Shown: piece by piece, positions 31,642 through 45,574 of the stretch
Position numbering within the stretch: the first letter of the stretch is position 1
Layout: each line of letters starts with the position of its first letter
From: the human T2T-CHM13v2.0 reference genome, Homo sapiens
NCBI RefSeq assembly: GCF_009914755.1
Contig: NC_060928.1
Direction: 5' to 3' (one strand)
Length of the DNA stretch: 64,000 nt
Notes under the pieces: generated by a model
Database searches by the model: none
What the model was told of the DNA's origin: nothing
What the model saw: only the letters and a program-made list of their open reading frames with translations
Made by a program: the position numbers and the translations under genes

Positions 31642-32080
31642 CAGTAGACCCTTGAACAATGCAGGGATTAGGGGCACCAAACCCCCAACACAGTCAAAAA
31701 TCTGCATCCAACTCTTGACTCCTTAAAAACTTAACTACTAATAGCTTACTGTTCACGGGAAGGCTTACCTATAACTTCGACTGTCAATTAACACATGTTG
31801 TATGTTATATGCATTATATGCTATATATTTACAATACAGTAAGCTAGAGAAAAGAAAATGTTATTCAAAAAACAAAAAGAAGGGAAAATGTATTTGCTAT
31901 TCATTAAGTGGAAGTGGATTATTATAAAGGTTTTCATCTTTATCTCCATGTCAAGTTGGATGAGGAGGAGATCGAAGAGCAAGGGTTGCTCTTGTCATCT
32001 CAGGGGTGGCAGAGGTGGAAGAAAATTCACATAAAATTGGACCAATGTAATTCAAACCCATGTTTTTCAGGGGCCAACTG
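31642..32080. mobile_element. Tigger2a-like non-autonomous Tc1/mariner DNA transposon, complete
   Basis: Imperfect TIRs cagtagacccttgaacaa / tttttcaggggccaactg; TA at 31640-31641 and 32081-32082; 439 bp. Confidence 0.85.
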
Positions 32081-32209
32081 TAAACCTTCAAGGAAGAATG
32101 GGAGTTTTGCCACAAATCAGGTAGGAGAAAGGGGACGGGAACTTTACAACAGAGAAGAGTAGGAGTTAATGGCCAGAGGTTTTACAGTACAGAGTGAGTT
32201 AAAAAATAT

Positions 32210-32733
32210 AATAAAATACCACTTTGTACCCACTGGGATGGTTAAAACAAAAAAGACAGATAATAACAAGCGCTGGTGAGGGTGTGGAGGAACTTGAAGC
32301 TTCATACCTTGCTAGCAGGATTGTAAAATGATGTAGCTACTTTTGAAAACAGTGGGAATTTTTTCAAAGTCTCAAACATGGAATTACCACATGACCCAGA
32401 AATTCTGGTCCTAGGCATATACTCAAAAAAATATGTGCATACAAATACCTATGCAAAAACTCGTGCATGAGAATTTATAGCAATATTATTCATAGTAGTT
32501 AAACATGGAAACAATGCAAATGTTCACTAGGTGAATGTATAAAATATTAGTTGACCATAAAAAATCATGTACTACCCAAACATGCTACAACATGAATGAA
32601 CCTTAAAAACACTATGCCAAGGGAAAGATGTCAGGCAAAGAAGGCAACATCTTACATGATGTCATTTACATGAAATGTCCAGAACAGGCAAATCTGGAAG
32701 GTATATTAGTGAGTGCCACGGGCTGTGTATGCA

Positions 32734-32765
<32 letters not shown>

Positions 32766-32975
32766 TGTGGCAGCTGGGGCTGGGGAAGTAGAGAATTTGG
32801 AATCGAGTGAGTGCTAACAGATGTGAAGATTCTTTACAGAATGATAAAACATGTTCTAAAAGAACCTTTTTAGATGGTGGTGATTGTTACACAAATTTGT
32901 GACTATACTACAAACAGCAAAATTGTGTACTTTAAAAGAATTGATTTTATGTTATTCAAAATATATCTCAATATA
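32210..32975 (+). mobile_element. Old L1M (MC/MD/ME-type) 3' fragment with an internal (GT)n at about 32733-32768
   Basis: ORF2-end motifs (ttaccacatgacccagaaattc; atagcaatattattcatagtag) and 3'UTR (catgaatgaaccttaaaaac; tatatctcaata). Confidence 0.7.
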
Positions 32976-33179
32976 GGCATATGGAATTATATCTCAATAT
33001 ACTAAAATATATCTCAATATGGTCTGGTATTGTAGTAGAAAGGGTATAGTCTATACGTTGAGATATATTTTAAAAGTAGGTTAAGGCCAATTTGTGCCAC
33101 TTCCACCCAGGGATTCCTGATTTACTTCTGTATACAGTGGGGAACAATTGCATATTTTAAAAACAGGGTATTAACACTG

Positions 33180-33395
33180 ATAACTAACATTTTTGGGGGA
33201 TCCTTAAAAATTGCCAGCGCCTGATATAAGTGTCTTATATGAATTAACTCTTAATCCCCTTAACAGTCCTATGGGGTAGTCTATATTATTATTATTTGCA
33301 ATTCACAAAGGGGGAAATTTAGTCATAGATGTTTTAAACACTTTGGTAATATGAGGAAACATCAAGGTCTGAACTCCCAATCTTAAAATCTATAC
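33180..33395 (-). mobile_element. MIR SINE fragment
   Basis: taatccccttaacagtcctatggggtag...tattattatt core. Confidence 0.5.
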
Positions 33396-36300
33396 TACAA
33401 TATATTTTAAGATGATCAGAGTTGTATTTTATAAAAAATGCTTCATTTAGAATATTTAGAGTGAATTTAAGGAAGGAGACCCGGTGGGTATTACAATAGT
33501 CCAAATGAGAAGATATGGCAATACTAGTAAAAATATTCTACTAGAATAGTTGAATTTGGACCCAATCTTTTAGTAAGGCAAAAACCATTTATTTGAAACA
33601 GAAATACTGTTTTAAACCAGATTTTGCTTGAAAAGTAAAAATAAGTACAAATTGACAAAATAGTTAAATTTGCATGCCTCATAAAGTTTTCAGAGTCAAA
33701 AATTCTCGGGCATGATGAACTTAGAAAAACTGACAATTAGTGGCTACCTATTAAAGAAAACATATTTTATCGTTAAATATTCATAGGTTAATGATCTTAT
33801 TTTATAGGCTGAAGCATTAGAATACTCCTAGTAATTACAGATCCACCTATTTTTGTGCTACCCTTTCCTCTGTATGTTCTTTAAAGCTTTTCTTAGTAGG
33901 GAAAAATGCTCATAAGCTTTAAGCTGTGGCTTTGTAATGACACAAATTTTTTCTCAGGCTTTAAAATGCTTTGGGGAACTCTTAAAATCGCATCATTGGC
34001 TGTGTGAAAAACCAACCCAGTGCTAATTGTTAATGTGCTATTTCACACTGCAGCTTATTATGTTACTGTCCTTAAATAAACACCATCATAGAAAATAACA
34101 AATCAACTTGTATTGTGGAGAAGCTGAAACTTCTCTAAAGCATACGATAAAAAATACCAGATGGTTTCCTAATAGTTTAATTATGTATCCCCATTTTCCT
34201 GCTGAGAAGATGGTATCTTTACCAAAGAAACTTCCAAGTATGGACTCAGCAGCAACAAATAAAATAACAGCAACAACTATAGAGAAAAACAACAAAACAA
34301 AACAAGGAAAACTTGGGTTTTTATTAATGTAAGAAAAATAGGCAGGCTCAGTAAAAAACTAAACAGGTTTGGAAAGTCTTTTTAATAAGGTGAAAAAAAT
34401 TAAACTAGATATTCAGTCTTAATTGTAATCTTCACTTATGTCCAAAGACCGAGACAGAAATTCATGGAAAATTTTTCTTCTGCGTGGCCCTTTAACGTTA
34501 TCACTACATGCAGGACTTGGAATAAATTGCTTAGTTCTGTTGTCTGTAACACTTAATGTAACTGAATAAGATCAGTCTTACAATATGATTGAGATACTTT
34601 TCCTACTATCAAGAGTATTCTGTCAGGTTACGTTGTAACATTTTATCTACTCAGTAGCACTAAGTGGAGATTTTGTCAAAGGCACTGTATTGAGCATTGG
34701 TCATACAGAATTAAAATGTGCAGCCTATGTTTTCTTATTGTTCCACACTTAATGGGAGAGATGGGCCAGTAAATATTTTCATCATTGCATAATAACAATG
34801 ACGAAAGTATGTAATTACTTGAGTGAACACATTGAAAAAGCACTTAATTACGAGAAACGGGGTGAGGCATTGAGCCTTGTGTTCAAAGTCATCCAGTTAC
34901 TTCATCCAGTTACTTCATAACCTTCACCAACATTATGTGTGAGAGAATAGAATAAGAGGAAGTATCTTTTTCTAAGAAACTTGGTTTATTTGTACACAAA
35001 TAAAAAGAGCAAGGAAGTTTGAGAATTATTGATAATTTCTAACATACAATGACATAACTTTATAAGTCACTTGTGTGTTGGTTCCAAATAAGATATACAC
35101 AATATAGAGTTATGTAACATTTTAAAAATAAGGATATTTTTAAATTATTTAATAATTGCCATATTTTTATATTTTCCTGTTTTCAAAATCGATTCTTAGA
35201 ATCATTACAGTTGAATCTTCATGAAGTTCTTGCCTATTAGTCTGAATTTTAGAAGACAATTATATGAATACTCACATTCAATACGTTAAGTCACTTTTTT
35301 TGGAGATAAATATATACATAATTTGGCTTCATTTTTGGTTTTACTTCTCTTTTGACCCTTTGACTCTAAGATGCCTCAGCATGAATATTATGACTTTCTC
35401 CTTCTTGCAACTGTTAGTGTCATCTTGCATGACTCAGTCATCTATGCTTCAAAAATGCATAATTCGATTTCAACTTTCACTTCAACCTGAAAATGACTTT
35501 TCCTCTAAAAGGGCTTAAGAAACCCTTCCTTCTTCAAAGCCAATAAAAATTGCTAATAAAGCAGACAAAAGATTAAAAAAAAAGAATACCCAAATATATT
35601 AATAGAATACTTGGATTAGAAGGAGTGCATATTACCTCCCTATGCAGTCAATTCTGGGATTAACAAAATGAGCAAAGCATGTGAAGACATTGAGATTTAT
35701 TAATAGGCATTTAAAAACAAAAGGTGGCATCTTACCAGAGTTCAGACTTCTAGCAGAGGATCCAAAGTGAACCCAAGCTATTCTCTTAACCATTATTAGT
35801 ATCAGTTCATACAAGCATGATATACTAATTATAGTATTAATATTAAATGAAGCTCATTTGTCTCTAAGTGTGCTACTTATGATATTCCTGAATGTATAAA
35901 CTTACTAAAGTAAACCTTCATTGTCAGTTTTTCTTGACTAAAACAATTTTAAGAATAAATAAAGGGAATAAAAGAAAAGTTATAATAATATTTAAATGTG
36001 GAAGAGATGTTTTGTATAAAAATCTCTTTTGTTCCCATTTTACTTTTGACTCTGATAGTATATGTGGCTGTTATGTCAATTTCATTTTGTCAGTGAGGAA
36101 ATGAAGATAAGAAACTAAGAACCACTTATATAAATTTTATCAAATATTCTGGCTACATAATTACCTACTTAAGATAAACATAATTGTAAACAATATTAAT
36201 TCCTCCCTAAATTAATAATAAAATATGTTCTTTATAATGAAAAATCTGATTAATAAACATGTGATTTTCTTTAGACATTCAGCTTTCATGGCCAGATGTT

Positions 36301-39257
36301 TATTACTATTATTTCCCTTTCTTCTCACAATATTCTCCAAGGTGGTCTCTTGTTCTTTTTTCATTACAGTGTTTTTAATAATTTTCAGAACTGCAGATAA
36401 AATGCTTCTTATTAAGGGGTTAGAATTTTATGTCTAGGATTTTTAGCTAAAAATAAATACAACCTGAGATAGACTTGTGAAGGAAACAGGAAGAAAAATT
36501 CTACCCTTTTTACCCTTGGACTTTCTCACTTTTGATTATGGTAGATGAGGCTAAGATGGGAGAAACAGTCAAGTCTAGTCATCAAACAAGGAGAAACCTG
36601 GAATTTCACAGACTGGAATGAAATCCATATTTTACCAGGTATTTGACTATCATCACCTACCATTCATAACTAAAAAAGCAAGCCTTATAAGTGTTTGTTG
36701 AAAAATGGGTGAACATTATTTGTGTAGACTAACCAAGTTTTTTTTTTCCCTTGACATATAGTCTTTACATTGAATGGGTATGATTATTTAGGCCAAGTTC
36801 TCTTAAAACTAAAATGAATGACTTATGTTAATTAATTTAAAATCTTTTGGATTTTTAAGGTTTCTTTTATTAAGAGAAAGAAAGTAGTATTAATTCGTAG
36901 TTTACATACTACATCCACACACTCTGTGGATGTCAAATATTTCATGTTTTGTTTTATCAAATATCTTAACTGTCATCAAGGAAAAATAACAAAAGTTATT
37001 GTAATTTTTTTTTATTTTGAACCTAACTGAATAATTAGATTAATTTCCAGTGTGAGGGAGATTTTCTGAGAGTAAAATAAAAACATCTTTATCTCTCTCA
37101 ATAGTTTAAGATTCTTGCCTTTTTTTTCTTGGTTTGTTGTCCTCTGTTTCTAATATACAAGTTCAAAATACCTGCTTAATGTGATAAATGAAACATGACA
37201 TTGTTCTGAAAAACAAAATAACTTTTACTGAGATGAGGGAATAAAATGTAGAAATTAGAAAGTAAAATAAAACAGTCATTTAAAATTTTGGGCAGCACGA
37301 TTACTCACTCCAGCTTGGACATTAACAATCCCCCATCCCTACTCCCATACACACTACGGTGGCTACTTGGTCTAGGGTATGTCTAGATGACTCACCACAA
37401 GATAAGCAATCCATTGATCAGGAGGTCAAGACCTAGTGACAATGTCAAGCCAAGCTGTATACAAAGGGTAGAAGAAACAGGCATATATTAAAGAGAGGAT
37501 GAATAATAGAAATCATAAGATAATCAAAGTATGTTCATCTCCATGTATTTCTTCAGTCTGTCATCAAATATCTTGTTATTATTTGAGTAATTTTGTACTC
37601 ATATTTAGGAAAAATAAATTGTCTTATATAGAAAAGTAGTAATGACTTATGTTCTAATTCAACAACCATATTTGTTCCTCTCCAGTTAGTATCCACAATG
37701 TTCATATGTCCAAGTTACTCTAACTGTGGCTCATAATCAAATTACGTTATAGAAAGTTGAGAATGGTTGGACCTCAAGTCAGAAACAAGTTCACAAAGCA
37801 CTGCAAAGTTGATTTTTGAAGCATCATGCTGACGTGTTAATTGCATTTGTGAGTTCTCATGTGTAGAATTATTGGTTAATACTTCTAGTTCTTATGTTTA
37901 CTTGTAGATTTTTAAAAATATCCTTTAATAAGAAAATTATGCATCTACTGGTAATGGCTGTTTGAAATAAAAAGTTGAGGATACAAATCAGGAATAGGAA
38001 ACTGATTTCAATATAGCACTAAGAAAATTTCTACTTTATATTTAAAATTATAGCTAAAATAATTGAAACAATCTTAAGTCCTTGAAATTATTCTCTTTAT
38101 TAAATGGGAACTGTAAAAATAAATTTTCATTATTAATTTATTTTGGCATAATTATAGATATTCCTATTTCATAAAACATATTTTAAGAAAATTTAAATTT
38201 TAAGAAAATTTTTATGTTCAATTTCTATTTTAGGGGAAATAACTCTTTAACTGTTTTATGTGCTTTTATCACATTGTTCGATGATTAATTACTCTAAACC
38301 CAAGTGTCTTTAGTGATCTTCCCAAAAGCCATTTTGGGCAATTCATAACCTTCCAGCCAGTCACTCAACCTCTTTTAGCTTAATTTTTTTTTTAATCTGA
38401 AGTGGGGGTGAAACCTTACAAGTCTATAGTAAAGATTAGAAATAATGTATCCACAGCACCTAGTTTAGTGCTTGTTATGTACTATTTTGTGCAATAAATA
38501 TGTATATGAAATACTGTTATAAAATAAATTTACTATTATTAGAGCAAGAGAAAATAAAATAATATATTTATTGAAAAATCTCTTGGAGCTTGAAGATTGC
38601 TCCTCAAATCAACGCAGGCAGACAAAAATAAAGGAAAACAAATTTTAAAAAGTGAACAAAACCTCCAAGAAATATGGTATTGTGTAAAGAGACCAAACCT
38701 GCACTCATTGGCATTCCTGAAAGAGAAGGAGAGTGAGACAGGAACTTGGAAACATCTTTGAAGATATGATCCCTGAAAACTTTCTTAATCTTGCTAGAGA
38801 AGTCTATAGGAAAAGTTAATGAAATTCAGAGAACCCCTGTGAGATACTGTACAAGATGACCATCCCCAAGAAATACAGTCATCAGACTCTCAAGATCAAT
38901 GCAACAGAGAGAAGAGGCAGGTCACTGACAAAGGGAACTCCCTTAGGCAAGAGGAGACCTTTTGGCAGAAACCTTCCCATCAAAAAGGGGCTAGGGTCCT
39001 ATTTTATGTATTCTTAAAAAAAATCCAACAAAGAATATAATATCCTGCCAAAATAAGTTTCATGAGGGAAGAAAAAATAAAATCCTTTTCAGACAGACAA
39101 ATTCTAAGGGAACTTGTTACTGCTAGACCTGCCTTACAAGCAGTCCCAAGGGAATCCTGACATGGAAAGAACAATACTTGCCACCACAAAAGCATACTTA
39201 GGCACATAGCCCACTGACACTATAAAGCAACTACCCAATCAAGCCTACATAAGAAAC

Positions 39258-39744
39258 TGTGGGGGTTCAGTCAGGCTGGTGGAAAAATTTTAGTTATAAT
39301 AGCCACAAACTCTCTTGGAAGGCCTGGGGGGTTTGCCTAAGCTCCAGTAATAAACTTGGCTGAAGGTGGCCTTGTCCCTTTAGTTAAATAAATTAGAGTA
39401 GAAACAAAGGAATGTGGGAAGTTTATCTAACTAGCTTGTTTACTCATGGAGTCCTAAGGCTAACCTTTTATCTACTGTGGGTGTTTAATTGCTTTCTACT
39501 CGTGAAGTCCACAATGTCAATTACCCTCTAGTGGTGTTGACTCAAGCCTTTGTCAATTAATCTTTACTAAATAAATGTGAGTCTCACTAGCTGGATGGGC
39601 CATGGTCACAACTGTTTACGGCACTCTCCTGGCAGTCTGTAAGTGGCCCACATGCTCAGCTGAACTAGCAAAGCAGAATATCTGTGTGTCAGTGAACTTT
39701 ATTCATCCATCGTTTGGTCAGGGTCTGTGGGACCAACCTGCGCA
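39258..39744 (+). mobile_element. Solo ERVK LTR, LTR22 (HML-5 group), 487 bp
   Basis: tgtgggggttcagtcagg...ctgcgca; AATAAA near 39570; perfect 6-bp TSD AGAAAC at 39252-39257 and 39745-39750. Confidence 0.85.
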
Positions 39745-42294
39745 AGAAACAACTAAAAACATGATGACAGGATCAAATCTTCACATATCAGTATTAGCTT
39801 TGAATAATAATGGACCAAACACTCCACTTAAAAGGCATAAAGTGTCATGGTGGATAAAGAAGCAAAACCTAACTGTCCACTGTCATCAAGTGACCCATCT
39901 CACATGTAACAACACCCATAGGTTCAAAATAAAGAGATGGAGAAAGATATATTATGCAAACAGAAAGCAAAACAGAACTTCTTTGCTATTCTTACATCAG
40001 ATAAAACAGACTTAAACCAACAATGATAAAAAAGGACAAAGGCATTTTAAAATGTTAAAGGGTTCAATTCAAAGAGAAGATTTAACTATCATAAATATAT
40101 AAAAAGCAAACATTGGAGCACCCAGATTCATAAAACAGATTCTTGGAGACCTCCAAAGAGAATTAGATAACCACAGAAGAGTGGGAGATTACCACATAAG
40201 AGTCTCCATAATAGTGGGAGACATCAACACCACACTGCCACTGTTAAACAGATCATTGAGGCAGAAAACTAACAAATATATTCTGGAATTAAACTCCACG
40301 CTTGAACAATTGAAGCTAACAAACATCTGTAGAATACATCTCCCAACAACAGCACAATATGCATTCTTCTCATCTGCACACAGCATATGCTCTAATATTA
40401 ACCACATGCTTAGCCATAAAGCAAGTTCAACAAATTCCAAAAAATCAAAATTATACTAACCACACACATGGACCACAGTGCAATAAAAATATAAATTGAT
40501 ACCAAGATTTCTCAGTTCTACACAATTACATAGAAATTAAACAACCTTCTAAATGACTTTTTGATAAAAAACAAAATTAAAGCAGAAATAAAACAGAAAA
40601 CACAACAAACCACAATCTTGAGACACAGCTAAAGCAGTGTTAAGTGTAAAGTTTATACTACTAAATGTCTATAGCAAGAAGTTAGAAAAATCTCACATTA
40701 ACAGCCTAACATCACACCTAGAGGAACTGAAAAAAAGGAGCAAGCCAACCCCAAGGCTAGCAGGAGAAAAAATTAACCACATCACAGCAGGAATGAATGA
40801 AAGTGAGATGTGAAAATCTATACAAAAGATCAACAAACCCCAAAATTGTTTTATTTGTTTTAATAACAGTATTGAATGAGTTCTTGAATCAGTAATAAAA
40901 ACCCTACCAACAACACCAACAACAATAGCCCTGGATCCGACAGATTCAGAGCTGAATTCTATTGGACATAGAAAAAAGAGTTAGTACCAATCCTACTAAA
41001 ATTATTGCCAAAAAAAATGAGAAGGAAGACTTTCTCCCTAACTCACTCTACAAAGCCAGCATCATTTGGACACCAAAACCTGGCAGAGATGCAATGGATT
41101 AAAAAAAGAAAAAAAAAATCTTCAGAGCAATGTCCCTGATGAAATAGATGCCTACATCCTTAGTAAAAATCTAGCAAACCAAATCCAGAAGCACATCAAA
41201 ATTTAATTCACCATAATCAAAAAGGCTTTTCTTCCTGGGATGCAAGGTTGATTCATCCTATGCAAATCAATAAATGTGATTTACCACATAAACATAATTT
41301 AAAACAAAACCAATATGTTCATCTCAATAGGCCCAGAAAAGCCTTTCAATATAATTCAACATCCCTTCATGTTAAAAACCCTCAACAAATTGGGCATCAA
41401 AGCATCATGTCTCAAAATAATAAGAGTCATTTATGACAAACCCACAGCCAACATCATACGAACAAGCAAAAACTGGAAGCATTCCCCTTGAGAACTAGAA
41501 CAAGAGAAGGATGCCTAATCCCAGCATTCCTTTTAAACATAGTAATGGAAGTCCTAGCCAGAGCAATCAGGCAGGAGAGAGAAATAAAATGCATTCATAC
41601 AGGAAAAGAGAAAATTAAATTATCTTTCCTTGCATATACTACAATTCTATACCTACAAAACCCTAAAGACTCTGCCAAAAGGCTCCTTGAACTGATAAAC
41701 AATTGCAGTAAAGTTTCAGGATACAAGGTCAATGTAGAAAAATTAGTACCATTTCTACACACCAGTATTGTCCAAACTGAAAGCCAAATCAAAAATGTAA
41801 TCCCATTTACAAAAGCCATAAAGGAATAAAATATCTAACAATACAGCTAACCATGGAGAAGAAAGATCTCTACAATGAGAACTACAAATCACTGCTCAAA
41901 GAAATCAAAGAAAACACAAACAAATAAAAAATTCATAATTATGGATAGAAAGAATCAATATTGTTAAAACGATCATACTGCCCAAAACAATTTACAGATT
42001 CGATGCTATTCCTATAAAACTGCCAATGCCATTTTTCACAGAATTCGAAAAAACTTTTTTAAAATTTGTATGAAAACAAAAACAGTGCTAATAGCCAAAG
42101 CAATCCTAAGCAAAAAGAACAAAGAGGCATCACATTACCTGACATTAAACTATACTACATTAAACTAGCTACTGTAATCAAAACAGCATAGCAATGGTAC
42201 AAAAATAGACATGTAGACCAAACAAACAGGATAGAGAACCCATAAATCAAGGCACGTACCTACAGCCATCTGATCTTTAAAAAAAATGACAATA

Positions 42295-42834
<540 letters not shown>

Positions 42835-45574
42835 TCAAAAGCAATTGAAAGAAAACGAAAAATTGACAAATGGGACATAAACTAAAGAGCTCATGCACAG
42901 AAAAAAAAAAACTATCGAGTAAACAGACACTCCATAGAATGGGAGAAAATATTTGTAAACGGTACATCTGACAACTTCTAATATCCAGAATTTATAAGGA
43001 GCTTAAACAAATCAATATGCAAACCCCAAACAACCCCATCAAAAAATGGGCAAAGGACATAACCAGACACTTCTTAAAAGAAGATATACACGCAGCAAAA
43101 AAATATGGAAAAGTACCCATAGTCACTTACCATTAGAAAAATGAAAATCAAAACCACAATGAGATATCATCTCATAGCAATCAGAATAATTATTATTGAA
43201 AAGATAAAAAATAACAGATGCTGATGAGGTTGCAGAGAAAAGGGAAAGGGATTGCTTATGCACTACTGGTGGAAATGTAAATTAGTCCAGCCACTGTGGA
43301 AAGTAATTTGGAAATTTCTCAAAGGACTTAAAATGGAACTACCACTTGACCTAGCAATCCCATTACTGGGTATATAACCAATGGAAAATAAATTATTCTA
43401 CCAAAAAGACACATATACTCTTATGTTTATATTAGCATTATTCACAATAGCAAAGACAGTAACTCAACCTAGATGCTTATCAGTGGTGGACTGGATAAAG
43501 GAAATATGCTATACATACACCATGGAATACCAACAGCCACAAGAAAGAACAAAATAGTGTCCTTTGCAAAAACATGGATAGGCCTGGAGGCCATTATCCT
43601 AAGCAAATTAATGCAGGAACAGAAAATCAAATGCTGCATGTTCTCACTTATAAGTAGGAGGTAAACATTGAGTACACAGAGATATAAAGGTGGGAACAAT
43701 AGACACTGAGGACTATTTGAAGGGGAAGATTGGGAAGGGGGAGAGGAGAGAAAAACTACCTATCATCAGGTAGTATGCTTACTACCTGAATGACAAGATT
43801 ATTAATACACTCAAACCTTAGCTACATGCAATTTACCTGTGCAACAAACTTGCACATGTACCCCTTGAACCTAAAATAAAATTAGAAAAGAAAAAAAATC
43901 CAGAGATTTTGCAAAACAAGATATTTTGTTAGCTGTCACATCAAATTTTGTTTTTCTAGCAAAAAATACTAAATACAAATTGATACTAAATACAATAAGG
44001 AAAAATTACTTATTTGCTTACAATGATGAATCTATTCACTTTGGGTTTAGTTTAGCATACATTTTATTATTATTTTTTCATGTTTTTTTTTCCTGAGCAA
44101 GAGAAAAGATCTCTCTCTCTACTCTCACTCAATCGGTGATTCCAGTGATCTGTAATACAACAGACCAAAGTGAGATCTACGAATGCTAACCATTGTAAAG
44201 CAGCAGAGCTAAGATACATAAAGAAAGTTATGAGATGGGTCTTTCATCAGTACATTGTTGTTAAGCAGTAGAAGTTCACTAACATGGAATATTACTGAGT
44301 TTATTGGTATCCATGTGATTTAAAAAGGTTTTTGTATGAGAAAACATTGTTACCTTTGCTGTGTTTTACAAACTTCTATGAGCATGGCACATTAAAATAA
44401 ACAAACAAACAAGGACAAAGGTGCTGTAATGCATAGCAATGTGTATTATTTTATTAGGTATGCCACCATGTAGCATAATTATTTATAATACATCTGAGGG
44501 ATCTGACTAATAAACCTACAATAAATAGTTTCTGAAGAAGAGAAACCTCCAAGAAATGTAACAGAAACTGATAACCATTATTTCACACTTTGCATACACA
44601 CAACATCTATCACAAAAAAAAGAGGGAAACAAACACTGAGACACTTATAATGAACTATCTTAGGAAAAAAAAATTGCTTGTCCATAGTCACATAGAAAAA
44701 ATTTACAAGAATACATTCTGCTTTTTCTGTGCTAATGACAAAAGATAATGTCACAAGGACATAGCTGAGAGACTTTCAAACTGATCCCTTTGTCTCTTAA
44801 AAACAAAAACTGAATTTGGGAACAAAAGCAAATCTAAGCAATGAGATATTTTTACAATCATGTTTTAAAGTTATTACATAATAGCTCTGACAGGATGAAA
44901 TAAAAAACTTTAAAAAAGCGTAATAAAATAAAGAAAAAAATGAGAGAATATGACAAAGATTCAAATGTCTATAAAACACAAAAGAAGAAAAATTATATTC
45001 TGTAGTTTGATGTATTTGCATGGTTTCCCATATAGTTTGATGTATAATAATATTAACAGATATTGACAGATCAATGATGCATTCAGTAAACTTCTAAAGA
45101 GCATCCTTGGAGCTATAAAGATATAGAGCTAATTTCCCTGCATCTGTTTTGTTTCTTTTGAAAGTATTCCAAATCACAGGCTTTGTCCTTTGCAAGTATG
45201 GTTTCATTAGGTTGGAGAGTGTGTTTTCCTATGGATGGCTAATGATAAATCTACTTACTCTATGGGCTAAAATATTCTTATTCTAGTGTCTACACAGTCT
45301 GTTACTTGCTTCAATAAAGAGTAACCTAAGCTTTGCATTTTAATTGTATCTTTTCTTTCATTTTCTTTACCTTAATATCTTTGAAAGGAAATGAAACATT
45401 CTTTCCTAAACAATTGGCTCAATCAAGTGTATGTCTACTTCTAATGAGTCCCTGTGTTAATTGTCTCTATACAAAATGTATCTTTAACTTTTTTGTATTT
45501 TCAGGAAATTGAATAATTTGAAATATAAAGAAAATAGTTGATTAATTAATAAGAAATTTTAAAAGACATATTAT

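Noticed and set aside
34108-34332. 74-aa ORF in unique sequence
   Set aside because: Non-ATG start, no recognisable homology, and a length expected by chance.
34890-34918. 13-bp tandem duplication catccagttactt; similar ones near 38182, 43966 and 54157
   Set aside because: Ordinary slippage duplications.
36911-36933. 9-bp stem hairpin acatccaca/tgtggatgt; an 8-bp stem also near 59555-59577
   Set aside because: Too short for an RNA gene, not tied to a breakpoint, and expected by chance in 64 kb.
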